Source: Candidatus Omnitrophota bacterium (GTDB taxonomy: Bacteria > Omnitrophota > Gorgyraeia > 2-01-FULL-45-10). From it: a stretch of DNA of 64,000 nt. Under the pieces are notes generated by a model. That model did not search any database. It had not been told where the DNA came from and saw only the letters and a program-made list of their open reading frames with translations. A program made the translations under genes and the position numbers. Positions 42,050-51,220 of this stretch are shown one piece after another (position 1 is the first letter of the stretch; the number at the start of each line of letters is the position of its first letter). The stretch is taken from contig JAPLME010000012.1 of NCBI GenBank assembly GCA_026387175.1, positions 5,849 to 69,848 of the forward strand, read 5' to 3'.

Positions 42050-42670
42050 ATGAAAACAAGAGATTGGTTAGAAAAAAATAAAATCTTTTTTGAAACCGTT
42101 GCTGCCATAGCCCTCTCGCTCATGGCTTTGTTAGTTTCCTGCACGCAATCCGAAATAGCCAGAAATCAATTAGTCCTTTCTGGAAATCCTATAATTTTAA
42201 TCGAGCCTTCAGACACTGTGAAAGGATCCATCGGTGAATTCAAAATATCCGTTAAAAATATCAGTATGGCAGAACTATACGATATTCGTATTTATGAGGA
42301 TTACTTTGTCACTATGGCACAAGAAAATGGTTCAATTAACTTAGTAAGTGTAGGGGCGTTTATAACTAAACCAAATTTGGTTATCCCACAATTAAAACCG
42401 AATAATAGGGAAGATATTACGATTAATTGTAAATTAATAATTAAAAATATGAAGGAGCTTTACCGCGAACACAAAGGGGTAGAAATGCGAATTGCCCGGA
42501 TAAGAATTAAATATTGCAGAAAACTAGATGGGAAAGAATTTATGCAAACCAAAGCATATATTATTGCGGGACAGGGTGATTTTCTTATTGATTACGATGA
42601 GCGTGGCATAAGAACTCCTATGACTCCCAGTTTTGAGGATATCAAAAATATACTCGGGGCTGAAAATTAG
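42050..42670 (+). CDS. Hypothetical protein with N-terminal TM segment
   Basis: 206-aa ORF, AT-rich, hydrophobic N-terminus; no family recognised. Confidence 0.65.
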   Translation: MKTRDWLEKNKIFFETVAAIALSLMALLVSCTQSEIARNQLVLSGNPIILIEPSDTVKGSIGEFKISVKNISMAELYDIRIYEDYFVTMAQENGSINLVSVGAFITKPNLVIPQLKPNNREDITINCKLIIKNMKELYREHKGVEMRIARIRIKYCRKLDGKEFMQTKAYIIAGQGDFLIDYDERGIRTPMTPSFEDIKNILGAEN

Positions 42671-42748
42671 TGCTATCATTAGAAAAGATAGCACAGTATC
42701 TATTAATGAGTCTTATTACTAAGTCGCATAAGAAAGATAGGAGGAACG

Positions 42749-43843
42749 ATGGCAAAGCTCAATGAGGATATAGAGCAATTAAAGGAAGACCTCGAAGCAG
42801 TTACTGCCGTGGATGATGAAACTTCAAACGAAAATGTTCCCATAAAATATGCAATTAGTTCTTATGGGGCAGATTATCCAGTTGATGGATTGGTTAAAAG
42901 ATTGCAGGCCAAAGATGTTATAATTCCCGAATTTCAAAGAGAATATGTATGGACACTTAGACAAGCATCTAGGTTTATAGAATCCCTTCTTTTGGGTCTT
43001 CCCGTTCCCGGCGTTTTTCTTTCAAAAGAACAAGAAACGGGCAAACTCTTAGTCATCGATGGTCAGCAGAGATTAAAAACATTGCAGTTCTTTTTTGAAG
43101 GCGTTTTTCGTGGAAAAGAATTTCGACTTACTGAAGTACAAGATGAATACAAAGGACGATTGTATAAAGAACTCGAAGACATAGATAAGCGACAATTACA
43201 AAACTCTGTTATTCATGCCACGGTATTAAAACAAGACACCCCAAAGGATGACCAGAGCAGTGTATATCACGTTTTCGAACGATTAAATACGGGCGGGTCT
43301 ATTCTTTACCCACAGGAAATAAGAGCTTGTATATATCATGGGCCCTTTAACAACGTTTTATCCGAAATCAATAACAATACGCACTGGCGAAACATTTTTG
43401 GAAAGATAAATAAACGACTAAAAGACGAAGAATTGCTATTGAGATTCTTCGCTTTATATTATGACAAGGCTACGTATACAACGCCTTTCAAATCTTTTCT
43501 TAACACTTTTATGGAAAGTAACAGAAAAATGGAAAGGTATTCTAAGGCTAATCTTGAAAAACTATTTTCTCCGGCAATGGAAGTGGTATATAAATGTATT
43601 GGCGAGAAAGCATTTAGATTAGATAAAGCTATTAATGCCGCTGTTTTTGAATCAGTAATGGTTGGTCTAGCGACTAGACTAGAGAAAGGAGCTATTAATA
43701 ACGCAACGCAAGTTAAATCAGAATACGAAAAATTAATAAAAATTCCAGATTATTTGGCAGCATGCAAAACAGGAACTTCTGATAAGGGAAAAGTCGAAAA
43801 AAGGCTATCTTTAGCCATTGACGCGTTTAGTCGGATTTCATAA
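42749..43843 (+). CDS. DUF262 (GmrSD N-terminal/ParB-like) protein
   Basis: PEFQREYVW, FIESLLLGLP, VIDGQQRL, VFERLNTGG. Confidence 0.88.
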   Translation: MAKLNEDIEQLKEDLEAVTAVDDETSNENVPIKYAISSYGADYPVDGLVKRLQAKDVIIPEFQREYVWTLRQASRFIESLLLGLPVPGVFLSKEQETGKLLVIDGQQRLKTLQFFFEGVFRGKEFRLTEVQDEYKGRLYKELEDIDKRQLQNSVIHATVLKQDTPKDDQSSVYHVFERLNTGGSILYPQEIRACIYHGPFNNVLSEINNNTHWRNIFGKINKRLKDEELLLRFFALYYDKATYTTPFKSFLNTFMESNRKMERYSKANLEKLFSPAMEVVYKCIGEKAFRLDKAINAAVFESVMVGLATRLEKGAINNATQVKSEYEKLIKIPDYLAACKTGTSDKGKVEKRLSLAIDAFSRIS

Positions 43844-44301
43844 TGCTTAGTCATGTTACTTCGGAAATAGACAAGATAGACGCTCTTTTTAAGTTTGAAA
43901 ACGACATCATTAATGATGAAGTAAGAGCTTATTGGGCCGAATATCTTTGTGTGCGAGTTGCTGGATTAATAGAGGCCGTTCTAAGAATAATACTATTTTA
44001 TTATGCTAAGAATAAATCGCATGAGAACGTTGCGCGTTACGTATCCAAGAAGGTAGAGGGTGTTACAAATCTTAATTCAGAGAAAATTGAAAACTTGTTA
44101 GGAGATTTTAGCGAGGTTTGGCAAGAGCGCTACGTTCAAAATATTACGGATTCTCAAAAAGCAGCAATCGGCAATATTTACATAAATAGAAATAGAGTTG
44201 GTCACGGACGCAATTCCGAATTATCTTATTATAGAGTAAAAGAATATTATAAGGAAATAAAAGGTGCGTTATTAGCTATTTTGAAAATCGTTGAAGCATA
44301 A
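43843..44301 (+). CDS. HEPN-domain protein (RiboL-PSP/MAE_28990-like)
   Basis: Helical protein with RNRVGHG (Rx4H) motif; translationally coupled to the DUF262 gene (TAATG). Confidence 0.75.
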   Translation: MLSHVTSEIDKIDALFKFENDIINDEVRAYWAEYLCVRVAGLIEAVLRIILFYYAKNKSHENVARYVSKKVEGVTNLNSEKIENLLGDFSEVWQERYVQNITDSQKAAIGNIYINRNRVGHGRNSELSYYRVKEYYKEIKGALLAILKIVEA

Positions 44302-44320
44302 AAACTTTTACTTATCCAGA

Positions 44321-44399
44321 AAAATAGGAAAATAGGGGGGGCCGGTCCAGAAAGTACCACTCTATAAGCTAATGGGCTGGCACCAAAAGAGCCGTCCCC
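44321..44399. repeat. Degenerate REP-like doublet
   Basis: AAAATAGGAAAATAGGGG (also at 45488), GGGGCCGGTCCAGAAAGTACCAC, and right arm GGGCTGGCACC...CCGTCCCC. Confidence 0.55.
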
Positions 44400-44467
44400 G
44401 TAAATACGTATGAGATCCGATCCTCATAATATTTTTTACAAGTATCAGATTTTCAAGGAGGTTTGTT

Positions 44468-45013
44468 ATGTCGCTTTTAGGAGAAGAGTTAGTAGAAGAA
44501 TGGTTAAATAGAAAAGGCTATTTCACAATCCGCGGTGCAAAAATCGGAAACGGAGAAATAGACTTGCTTGCTGTTAAATATACAAGCAAAGGAATTGACT
44601 GTTGGCATTATGAGGTTCAGGCCTCCCTTCGACCAGTAAGTTATATTTGTTCAGCGCCTCAAGAGCTTCGTAAATTAGGTAAGTCCGCTCACAATGCTAA
44701 GAAACGTCCTATGTCTGAAATCGAGACTGCGGCGAAAGAATGGATTTATAAAAAGTATTTAGATCCAAAGAAAGAAAATATTAGAAGGAGTCTTTGGCCA
44801 ATGAAATGGAGCTTTGGTCTTATTGTGGGGAATGTTAAACACTCAGAAGAATTGGAAATTATTGCTAAAAATAATATCACCATTGTTCGAATTGCGGATA
44901 TTATTAAAAACCTTTCGCCAAAATCTCAAACTAATAGCAAGGATTTTAGAGTTGGAGCAGCAAGTGGTGCTGATTTAATTGATTTGGTTTTTGCTCACTC
45001 CCAACTTGCATAA
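44468..45013 (+). CDS. PD-(D/E)XK restriction-like/Hjc-like nuclease
   Basis: LGEELVEEWLNRKGY...EIDLLAVK...HYEVQ. Confidence 0.7.
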   Translation: MSLLGEELVEEWLNRKGYFTIRGAKIGNGEIDLLAVKYTSKGIDCWHYEVQASLRPVSYICSAPQELRKLGKSAHNAKKRPMSEIETAAKEWIYKKYLDPKKENIRRSLWPMKWSFGLIVGNVKHSEELEIIAKNNITIVRIADIIKNLSPKSQTNSKDFRVGAASGADLIDLVFAHSQLA

Positions 45014-45015
45014 GC

Positions 45016-45088
45016 GGGGCCATCCCACAAAGTGCCACCCTGCATGACAAGAGAAGATCCTAGGCTGTCCCCAAAACAGGATGGCACC
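45016..45088. repeat. REP-like doublet
   Basis: GGGGCCATCCCACAAAGTGCCACCCTGCATGACAAGAGAAGATCCTAGGCTGTCCCCAAAACAGGATGGCACC, nearly identical to 45575-45646. Confidence 0.8.
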
Positions 45089-45115
45089 AAATATTCTTAG
45101 TGAAGGAGAAATGAG

Positions 45116-45469
45116 ATGTTTGAACATAAGCATGAAAAAATAGCGTCGGTTTCAGTCTTCATAAAAAGGCTGGTCGGGTATATCGCAGCCGCTATTCTAT
45201 TGATTTTACTCTCCTTATTTGTTGGAATCGCCGGATATCATTGGCTAGCCGGCTTTAGCTGGATCGATTCGCTCTTAAACGCATCTATGATCTTAGGCGG
45301 TATGGGGCCGGTGAACTTGCTGACCAATCTCGGCGCAAAAGTCTTTGCGTCCCTGTACGCGCTTTTTAGCGGACTTGTATTCATTGCGGTAATGGGAATA
45401 GTTTTCTCTCCGATCATACATAGAATGCTTCATACATTTCATATCGACGACAAAGATTTACATAAATGA
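45116..45469 (+). CDS. Small two-TM ion-channel-like membrane protein
   Basis: TM1, pore-helix-like SWIDSLLNASMILGGMGP, TM2 (AKVFASLYALFSG). Confidence 0.65.
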   Translation: MFEHKHEKIASVSVFIKRLVGYIAAAILLILLSLFVGIAGYHWLAGFSWIDSLLNASMILGGMGPVNLLTNLGAKVFASLYALFSGLVFIAVMGIVFSPIIHRMLHTFHIDDKDLHK

Positions 45470-45487
45470 TAACCTTGAGATTCGGTC

Positions 45488-45646
45488 AAAATAGGAAAAT
45501 AGGGGACAGCGCCCTATTTCCGAAAGTAATGAGGCCATCTCATAAGGGGACACCCTGCATAATAAGCAAGAACCGGGGCCATCCCACAAAGGGACGCCCT
45601 GCATGATAAGAGAAGCTTCTAGGCTGTCCCCAAATAGGATGGCCCC
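45488..45646. repeat. Cluster of REP-like units
   Basis: AAATAGGGGACAGCGCCCTATTT hairpin, GAGGCCATCTCATAAGGGGACACCCTGCAT (45531), full doublet at 45575-45646. Confidence 0.8.
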
Positions 45647-45685
45647 AAAACACCAGAATACAAATCATATGAAAGAAGTGGCGCA

Positions 45686-48600
45686 ATGAAGAATTTGCTT
45701 TCCATGATCATAATTATTTCAGTAATCTCTCTTATCAATCGACCAACCATGGCGGACTCGTGGAACTTTGCCGTATTTGGCGATGACCGTAGTGACAATA
45801 CGACTGGCTCCGCAGTAAATACAACCGCTGTTACTGCTATCGCAACTGATATTACAAACAACAGGAATGCATCCTTTGCTATAGTCCTCGGCGATCTTGT
45901 ACATGGAAAAGAAAATGATACTCCCATTGCCACCCAGTTCAATACCTTCAAAACTGCTGCGACAAGCGGCGGATTTAAGGTAGCAGGCGAAGCCGGCGCT
46001 GGGGTTCCATATTATCCCGTCCGTGGTAATCACGACAACGATGTTGTCGATCCTTTAGGCGTAGCATGGAAGGCGGCATTCCCCACATTGCCTCAAAATG
46101 GACCTACCACAAATACATCCGGAGGCGGCAATAGCGAAGTGGGGATGACGTATAGTTTCACTAATGGCAATTCCCTGTTTTTAAGTTTAGATGAATATGT
46201 GAACACAGACACTTATCCAAATCAAGTCAATCAGACTTGGGTGAATACTCAATTAAGCAGCTCTACTGCCGCTCACGTGTTTGCTTATGGGCATTTGCCT
46301 GCATATTATACGGTTGCCGGGGAATCCCTGTCTATTTATGCGGCTGCAAGAGATGCTTTTCTGACCAGTCTTTATGATAAAAACGGCCAAATCTATTTCG
46401 CAGGGCACCAACATTTTAGTGCTATCGCAAGTGCGAATATAGACGGGAACGCATCAAAGGTGTTCTATCCGATCATTGATGGCGCAGGTGGCGCTCCAGG
46501 AACTCTATGGGACGGCACATACACAGATCCTAATGTAACAGGTCTCTACTACAATAGCACTAGCAGCACTCCTTACTATTACACATATTCAATAGTTACC
46601 GTTGATGACGACCTTGTATGGTTAAGGTTGTATGGGACGACAAGCGTGACGACGCCGACTTGGCTGAACCTATATGCGCTTGTTATCAGTGGAACTCTTA
46701 CAACTGATACTAATACTCTGATAAGCGACGTTGCGAATTATTCAACGATTGATTTTAAGCAAGCTTCTAACGGTACCTATTCGAAAGTAATCATCGGCAC
46801 AGGCAACATAGTAAAAAGTGGCGCTGCTGAACTGACCCTGAGCGGCGCCAATACCTACACAGGAGCCACGACAGTCAACGCCGGAACGCTCAAAGCCGGA
46901 GTGGCAACTCACGCCTTTGGTGTGGGCTCAGCCGTGACGGTTGCGACCGGAGGGACACTGGATTTGAACGGCTATTCCCAGACTATCGGTTCACTCGCAG
47001 GTGGCGGCACAGTCATTAACGGTGATACAATCGATACGATCTTGACGACAGGCGATACTGCCTCGACCACATTTTTCGGGATTATCCAGGACGGTACTCA
47101 CAAATTGGGATTCACCAAGGCTGGAACTGGGACACTTACTCTTACCGGCGCCAACGCCTACACCGGTACTACAACGATCAGCGCTGGTACGCTGCAAATA
47201 GGAAACGCCAGTGCTCTCGGTACAGGAGCCGTTACGAACAATGCTACGTTGGATGTCGGCACGACCAATCTTGCAGTTACCGGCGCCTATAAACAAAACG
47301 CAGGTTCAACTTTAAAACTTACCGCAAATTCTTCCTCCAGTTTTGGCAAGATCACGTCCGGCGTTGCTGCGACGGTAGATGCCGGAAGCACTCTTAACGT
47401 TACGGTCGGAGGCTTTATTCCGAATAACACAACTCTTACAATTATAGATACAGGAGGAAAGGGTATAGGGAGCGTCCCAACTACAATTATTTCAAGTAAT
47501 TCTTTCATGACATTCTCCATCGAGAACTCCGGTAACAACCTTGTTCTTACCGTGAACCGTTCCGGAAGTAACAGCTTCAGCGGTGTCGCAGCCAATTCCA
47601 ATGCGGCTACTGTCGGCGCCGCTCTCGATAATATCACCAGTCCGTCCGCAGACATGCAGAGCGTTCTTACGGCGCTCGGCAATTTATCGCCGAGCCAGGT
47701 CGCATCTTCTTTAAATAGCATGACTCCTACCGTTGACGGCGCGGTGACACAATCGGCTCTATCCATGCTTAGCCAGATAACGGGCTCGACCGTAACGCAT
47801 CTTGAAAATGTAAGCACGGGAGGTGTAACCGGTATCTCAACAGGCGACGATTATTTACATGGTTTAGATATTTGGGCGCAGGGCTTAGGTGATTATGCTC
47901 ATCAGGATCCCCGCGGGTTTAGTAACGGTTATAATGCGACGTCGTGGGGCGTTTCGGGCGGCGCGGATATCCCGCTTAATATAGGCGATGATTTGCTGCG
48001 TATGGGTATAGGTTCCGGTTATGGCCAGACCTTTGTCCGCTCAAAGGATAGTTCCGGAAGGAATGATATCGACAGCATTCCGGGAACATTATATTGTGCT
48101 TATGAAAATAATAAATATCCTCTTTATTTGGATATCACTTTCACTTTTATATATAATCTCTATCAAGCCTCTCGCGCAGTTACGGTCGGCACGTTAACCG
48201 AGCGTACCGCCAATGCCGATTATAACGGCCAGCAGTATTCGGGCTATTTTGAGGGCGGCTACAGCTTTTTCTATAAGAATCTCCGCATGACGCCTCTCGT
48301 TTCATTTCAATACATGCATCTGCATACAGGCAGTTACACCGAAACCGGCGCCGACGCGCTTAACTTAAGTGTCAATAGCCAGGATTATGACATGGCCATG
48401 ACGGGTTTCGGCGCTAAAGCAGCGTATCCATTAGAGTTTAAATACGGGACCATCATGCCGGACCTGCATGCCAAGTGGCTCTATGATTGGGCCGGCGATA
48501 ATCAGGCTGCAACTGCGTCTTTTGCCGGTGGCGGAACAGCATTCGGTACAAACGGTTTTAGGGCTGCGCGATCGGGATATGATATGGGCACAAAGATTAG

Positions 48601-48706
48601 CTTTAAGACAAAATACAATATTTCGCTCGATTTGGATTACGATTTTCTTCTCAAGGCTGATTATTATGAGCATTACGGAAGCGTGACTGTAAGATACGGC
48701 TTCTAA
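45686..48706 (+). CDS. Autotransporter with metallophosphoesterase passenger and PATR repeats
   Basis: Signal peptide; FAVFGD, GDLV, RGNHD, GH, GHQH motifs; two LTLxGANxYTGxTTxxAGTL repeats; beta-barrel ending VRYGF. Confidence 0.88.
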   Translation: MKNLLSMIIIISVISLINRPTMADSWNFAVFGDDRSDNTTGSAVNTTAVTAIATDITNNRNASFAIVLGDLVHGKENDTPIATQFNTFKTAATSGGFKVAGEAGAGVPYYPVRGNHDNDVVDPLGVAWKAAFPTLPQNGPTTNTSGGGNSEVGMTYSFTNGNSLFLSLDEYVNTDTYPNQVNQTWVNTQLSSSTAAHVFAYGHLPAYYTVAGESLSIYAAARDAFLTSLYDKNGQIYFAGHQHFSAIASANIDGNASKVFYPIIDGAGGAPGTLWDGTYTDPNVTGLYYNSTSSTPYYYTYSIVTVDDDLVWLRLYGTTSVTTPTWLNLYALVISGTLTTDTNTLISDVANYSTIDFKQASNGTYSKVIIGTGNIVKSGAAELTLSGANTYTGATTVNAGTLKAGVATHAFGVGSAVTVATGGTLDLNGYSQTIGSLAGGGTVINGDTIDTILTTGDTASTTFFGIIQDGTHKLGFTKAGTGTLTLTGANAYTGTTTISAGTLQIGNASALGTGAVTNNATLDVGTTNLAVTGAYKQNAGSTLKLTANSSSSFGKITSGVAATVDAGSTLNVTVGGFIPNNTTLTIIDTGGKGIGSVPTTIISSNSFMTFSIENSGNNLVLTVNRSGSNSFSGVAANSNAATVGAALDNITSPSADMQSVLTALGNLSPSQVASSLNSMTPTVDGAVTQSALSMLSQITGSTVTHLENVSTGGVTGISTGDDYLHGLDIWAQGLGDYAHQDPRGFSNGYNATSWGVSGGADIPLNIGDDLLRMGIGSGYGQTFVRSKDSSGRNDIDSIPGTLYCAYENNKYPLYLDITFTFIYNLYQASRAVTVGTLTERTANADYNGQQYSGYFEGGYSFFYKNLRMTPLVSFQYMHLHTGSYTETGADALNLSVNSQDYDMAMTGFGAKAAYPLEFKYGTIMPDLHAKWLYDWAGDNQAATASFAGGGTAFGTNGFRAARSGYDMGTKISFKTKYNISLDLDYDFLLKADYYEHYGSVTVRYGF

Positions 48707-48723
48707 ACTCGATACGAATAACC

Positions 48724-48764
48724 GGGGCCATCCCACAAAGGGACACCCTGCATGACTAGAGAAT
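48724..48764. repeat. Single REP-like unit
   Basis: GGGGCCATCCCACAAAGGGACACCCTGCATGACTAGAGAA directly after the autotransporter. Confidence 0.8.
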
Positions 48765-48791
48765 ATGCTAAATCAATAACGGAGGTGTAAG

Positions 48792-48863
48792 ATGAAGAAG
48801 TTATATCTATCCGATACTGACCGTAAGATTGGCGGCGTTTGTGAAGGTGTTTCTAATGCGTAA
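48792..48863 (+). pseudogene. PspC-domain fragment
   Basis: SD GGAGG then MKKLYLSDTDRKIGGVCEGVSNA*, the N-terminal PspC motif (KKLYRS.xDRKIxGVCxG) cut short. Confidence 0.7.
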
Positions 48864-49920
48864 ATCGGCCATAGCGTTAATATTTTTCTTTATATTATCA
48901 ATTTCTTCTACCATGGTGTGGGCCGAAGAGAAATCAACAGATATGCAGAAGACAACCTGGGGAGATATTTTTGCAGATGTTATTGGTCATTACCCTTTAG
49001 CGGACAGCTTGACCACTGATAATACTATCAAGCAGAAAAATAAGTTAAACACACCAAAAAATTGGGAATTCGGCATAGAAGCAAAGCGTTATATCGCCAG
49101 TAATACCTCGTATGAATTTGGTGATCCGGGCGGGGCCTTTACAAAACCTCTCAGCCGGCTGGAATTTCCGATAAATACGTGGTGGTTAAATTTTGATCTT
49201 CGTCGGACCTGCCCGCGATGGTCGGTTGGGGCAAAGGCGGGTTTTAGCATGAACCGCAATTCAAACGGTTGGATGGAAGATTCGGACTGGGCTACATCCG
49301 GCAGCGATAATATTTTAACCAATTATTCAAGAAGCTATTGTGATATAAGAAAAGCTTTCCTCTTTCGCGGAGATGTAGATGTTAATATCTCGGATTGGCT
49401 GAGGCTGCCTTCATCATTAGAGATACGACCGTTATTCGCATTCCAATTTCAACGATTCAATCCCGTAGCGCATAACGGCGTGCAGTGGAATTATGATGAT
49501 GGAAGCGCGATGTCCCTTGATGGTAACGCTATAAGCTTCAGACAGGACTGGTATACATATATGATCGGGATGAGAGGGGCATACAGTTTAGACCTGAATA
49601 AGCATATAGCGATTAAATTGAAGACAGAGGCCGACTGGGGACCAGCCCTCGGCCATAATGAAGACCATCACATACTGCGCGGGGATAGGTGGACATACGA
49701 AAACACATCAGGCAATGCCCTTTACTTTTTAGCCGGAGTTGATATGACCATTTCAAAAACTATAACGATAGGCGCCGGCATAGATTATCTGTGGATACAA
49801 ACTTTCGGAACCCATCGATGGCGGGATCCTTCTCTTCCTGTCGATCAATCGTGGTCTGACGGCGTCAAGGCCTGGTCTGATCAATTGGGCTTAACAATGC
49901 ATGCATCTTACGCATTTTAG
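48856..49920 (+). CDS. Omptin-like outer-membrane protease 1
   Basis: Signal peptide; LSRLEFP, MEDSDW, NEDHHILR resemble omptin SQLDW/DxDW/DEH motifs; C-terminal SYAF. Confidence 0.7.
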   Translation: MRKSAIALIFFFILSISSTMVWAEEKSTDMQKTTWGDIFADVIGHYPLADSLTTDNTIKQKNKLNTPKNWEFGIEAKRYIASNTSYEFGDPGGAFTKPLSRLEFPINTWWLNFDLRRTCPRWSVGAKAGFSMNRNSNGWMEDSDWATSGSDNILTNYSRSYCDIRKAFLFRGDVDVNISDWLRLPSSLEIRPLFAFQFQRFNPVAHNGVQWNYDDGSAMSLDGNAISFRQDWYTYMIGMRGAYSLDLNKHIAIKLKTEADWGPALGHNEDHHILRGDRWTYENTSGNALYFLAGVDMTISKTITIGAGIDYLWIQTFGTHRWRDPSLPVDQSWSDGVKAWSDQLGLTMHASYAF

Positions 49921-50046
49921 TAAATCTAATGAAAATTTCTGGGCCGATTCTCGCCGTAATCCCAGATCCGTCCCAAAATACCCATAAGGATGATTTGCCA
50001 AAACCCTACCCTTAGAGTATACTTTTACAAAAAGAAAGGATGGGAT

Positions 50047-51150
50047 ATGAATAGATCTATTGTTTTGTTTTTAGCATTAATCCTTATGTTATCTGTTTCA
50101 CCAACAATGTCATGGGCCGGTGAAAAAACATCAGATATAAAAATGACAACATGGCAGGATATCTTTTCAGATGTAGCCGGACATTACCCGCTAAACATTG
50201 GCCAGGCTAATACCTATGCGGAACAGAAAGGTAAATTGAATCAGCCGAAGAATTGGGCATTCGATCTCGGCGTTCAGTATTTCCTTATGAGCCATACTTC
50301 ATATCAATTCGCTAATTCAGGCGCGGTTTTTCAAAATCCACTTAGTAAACTGCAGTTTCCTTTAAATACATGGTGGCTGGAAACTGAACTGCGCCGCACT
50401 TGTCCGAGGTGGTCGGCCGGGATCCGCGCAGGCTTAAGCGTCGCCAAGAATGTAGACGGGCGGTTCAAGGATTCGGACTGGCTGAACCCGGGAAACACCA
50501 GCATGTTAACAACATATTCAGAGAGCGCAATGCGGTCGGAAAACAGTTACCTCTTTCGCGCAGACGCCGATGTGAATATCTCGGACTGGTTGGGGCTTCC
50601 GCCGTCATTCGAAATACGGCCTCTCTTCGCTTTCGAGTTTCAGCGATTAAAGCTCATGGCGCACGATGGTGTGCAATGGGAAGTCGGTTCATACGATCCT
50701 GATGAAGGGAGAAGCCTTGATGGATATGCGAGCGCCCAGGCGCTCGCCGGAAATTCAATACATTTTCGACAGGACTATTATATGTATCAGATCGGGCTAA
50801 GAGGCGTGTATGATGGTTTCAAGATCGGAAAGTACATAACTATTAAAGCGCATGGCGAAGCTGACTGGGGCCCTGTCGTAGGATACAACGAAGATAATCA
50901 CCTCCTGCGTGATCTCTTCGGTTATATTAGGTCATCCGGTAATTCTTTATACTTTTCAACCGGCCTGGACATGGTCTTTGCGAAAACCATTACAGCCGGT
51001 ATTTCAATGGATTACCTGTGTATAAGAACTACCGGCATGCTGCACGATCGAGATCTGGCGCATGGCGGCGTGGAGGCGTGGAATGATGAAAGTGTCAAAG
51101 TCTGGTCCGATCAGACGAGCTTAATAGCGCATGTGTCTTATGCATTTTAG
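50047..51150 (+). CDS. Omptin-like outer-membrane protease 2 (paralog)
   Basis: LSKLQFP, FKDSDW, NEDNHLLR; shares LRRTCPRWS, DVNISDWL and EIRPLFAF with the upstream gene. Confidence 0.7.
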   Translation: MNRSIVLFLALILMLSVSPTMSWAGEKTSDIKMTTWQDIFSDVAGHYPLNIGQANTYAEQKGKLNQPKNWAFDLGVQYFLMSHTSYQFANSGAVFQNPLSKLQFPLNTWWLETELRRTCPRWSAGIRAGLSVAKNVDGRFKDSDWLNPGNTSMLTTYSESAMRSENSYLFRADADVNISDWLGLPPSFEIRPLFAFEFQRLKLMAHDGVQWEVGSYDPDEGRSLDGYASAQALAGNSIHFRQDYYMYQIGLRGVYDGFKIGKYITIKAHGEADWGPVVGYNEDNHLLRDLFGYIRSSGNSLYFSTGLDMVFAKTITAGISMDYLCIRTTGMLHDRDLAHGGVEAWNDESVKVWSDQTSLIAHVSYAF

Positions 51151-51220
51151 CACAGTTTGATTTTCAGTTTTTGTAACTCATTGCCATATCATTAGATAGC
51201 AATCCCTATAATACTTCCCC

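Noticed and set aside
44321-48764. CRISPR array or classical integron
   Set aside because: Repeats are irregularly spaced, separated by whole genes and partly inverted; no cas genes, intI or attC core sites.
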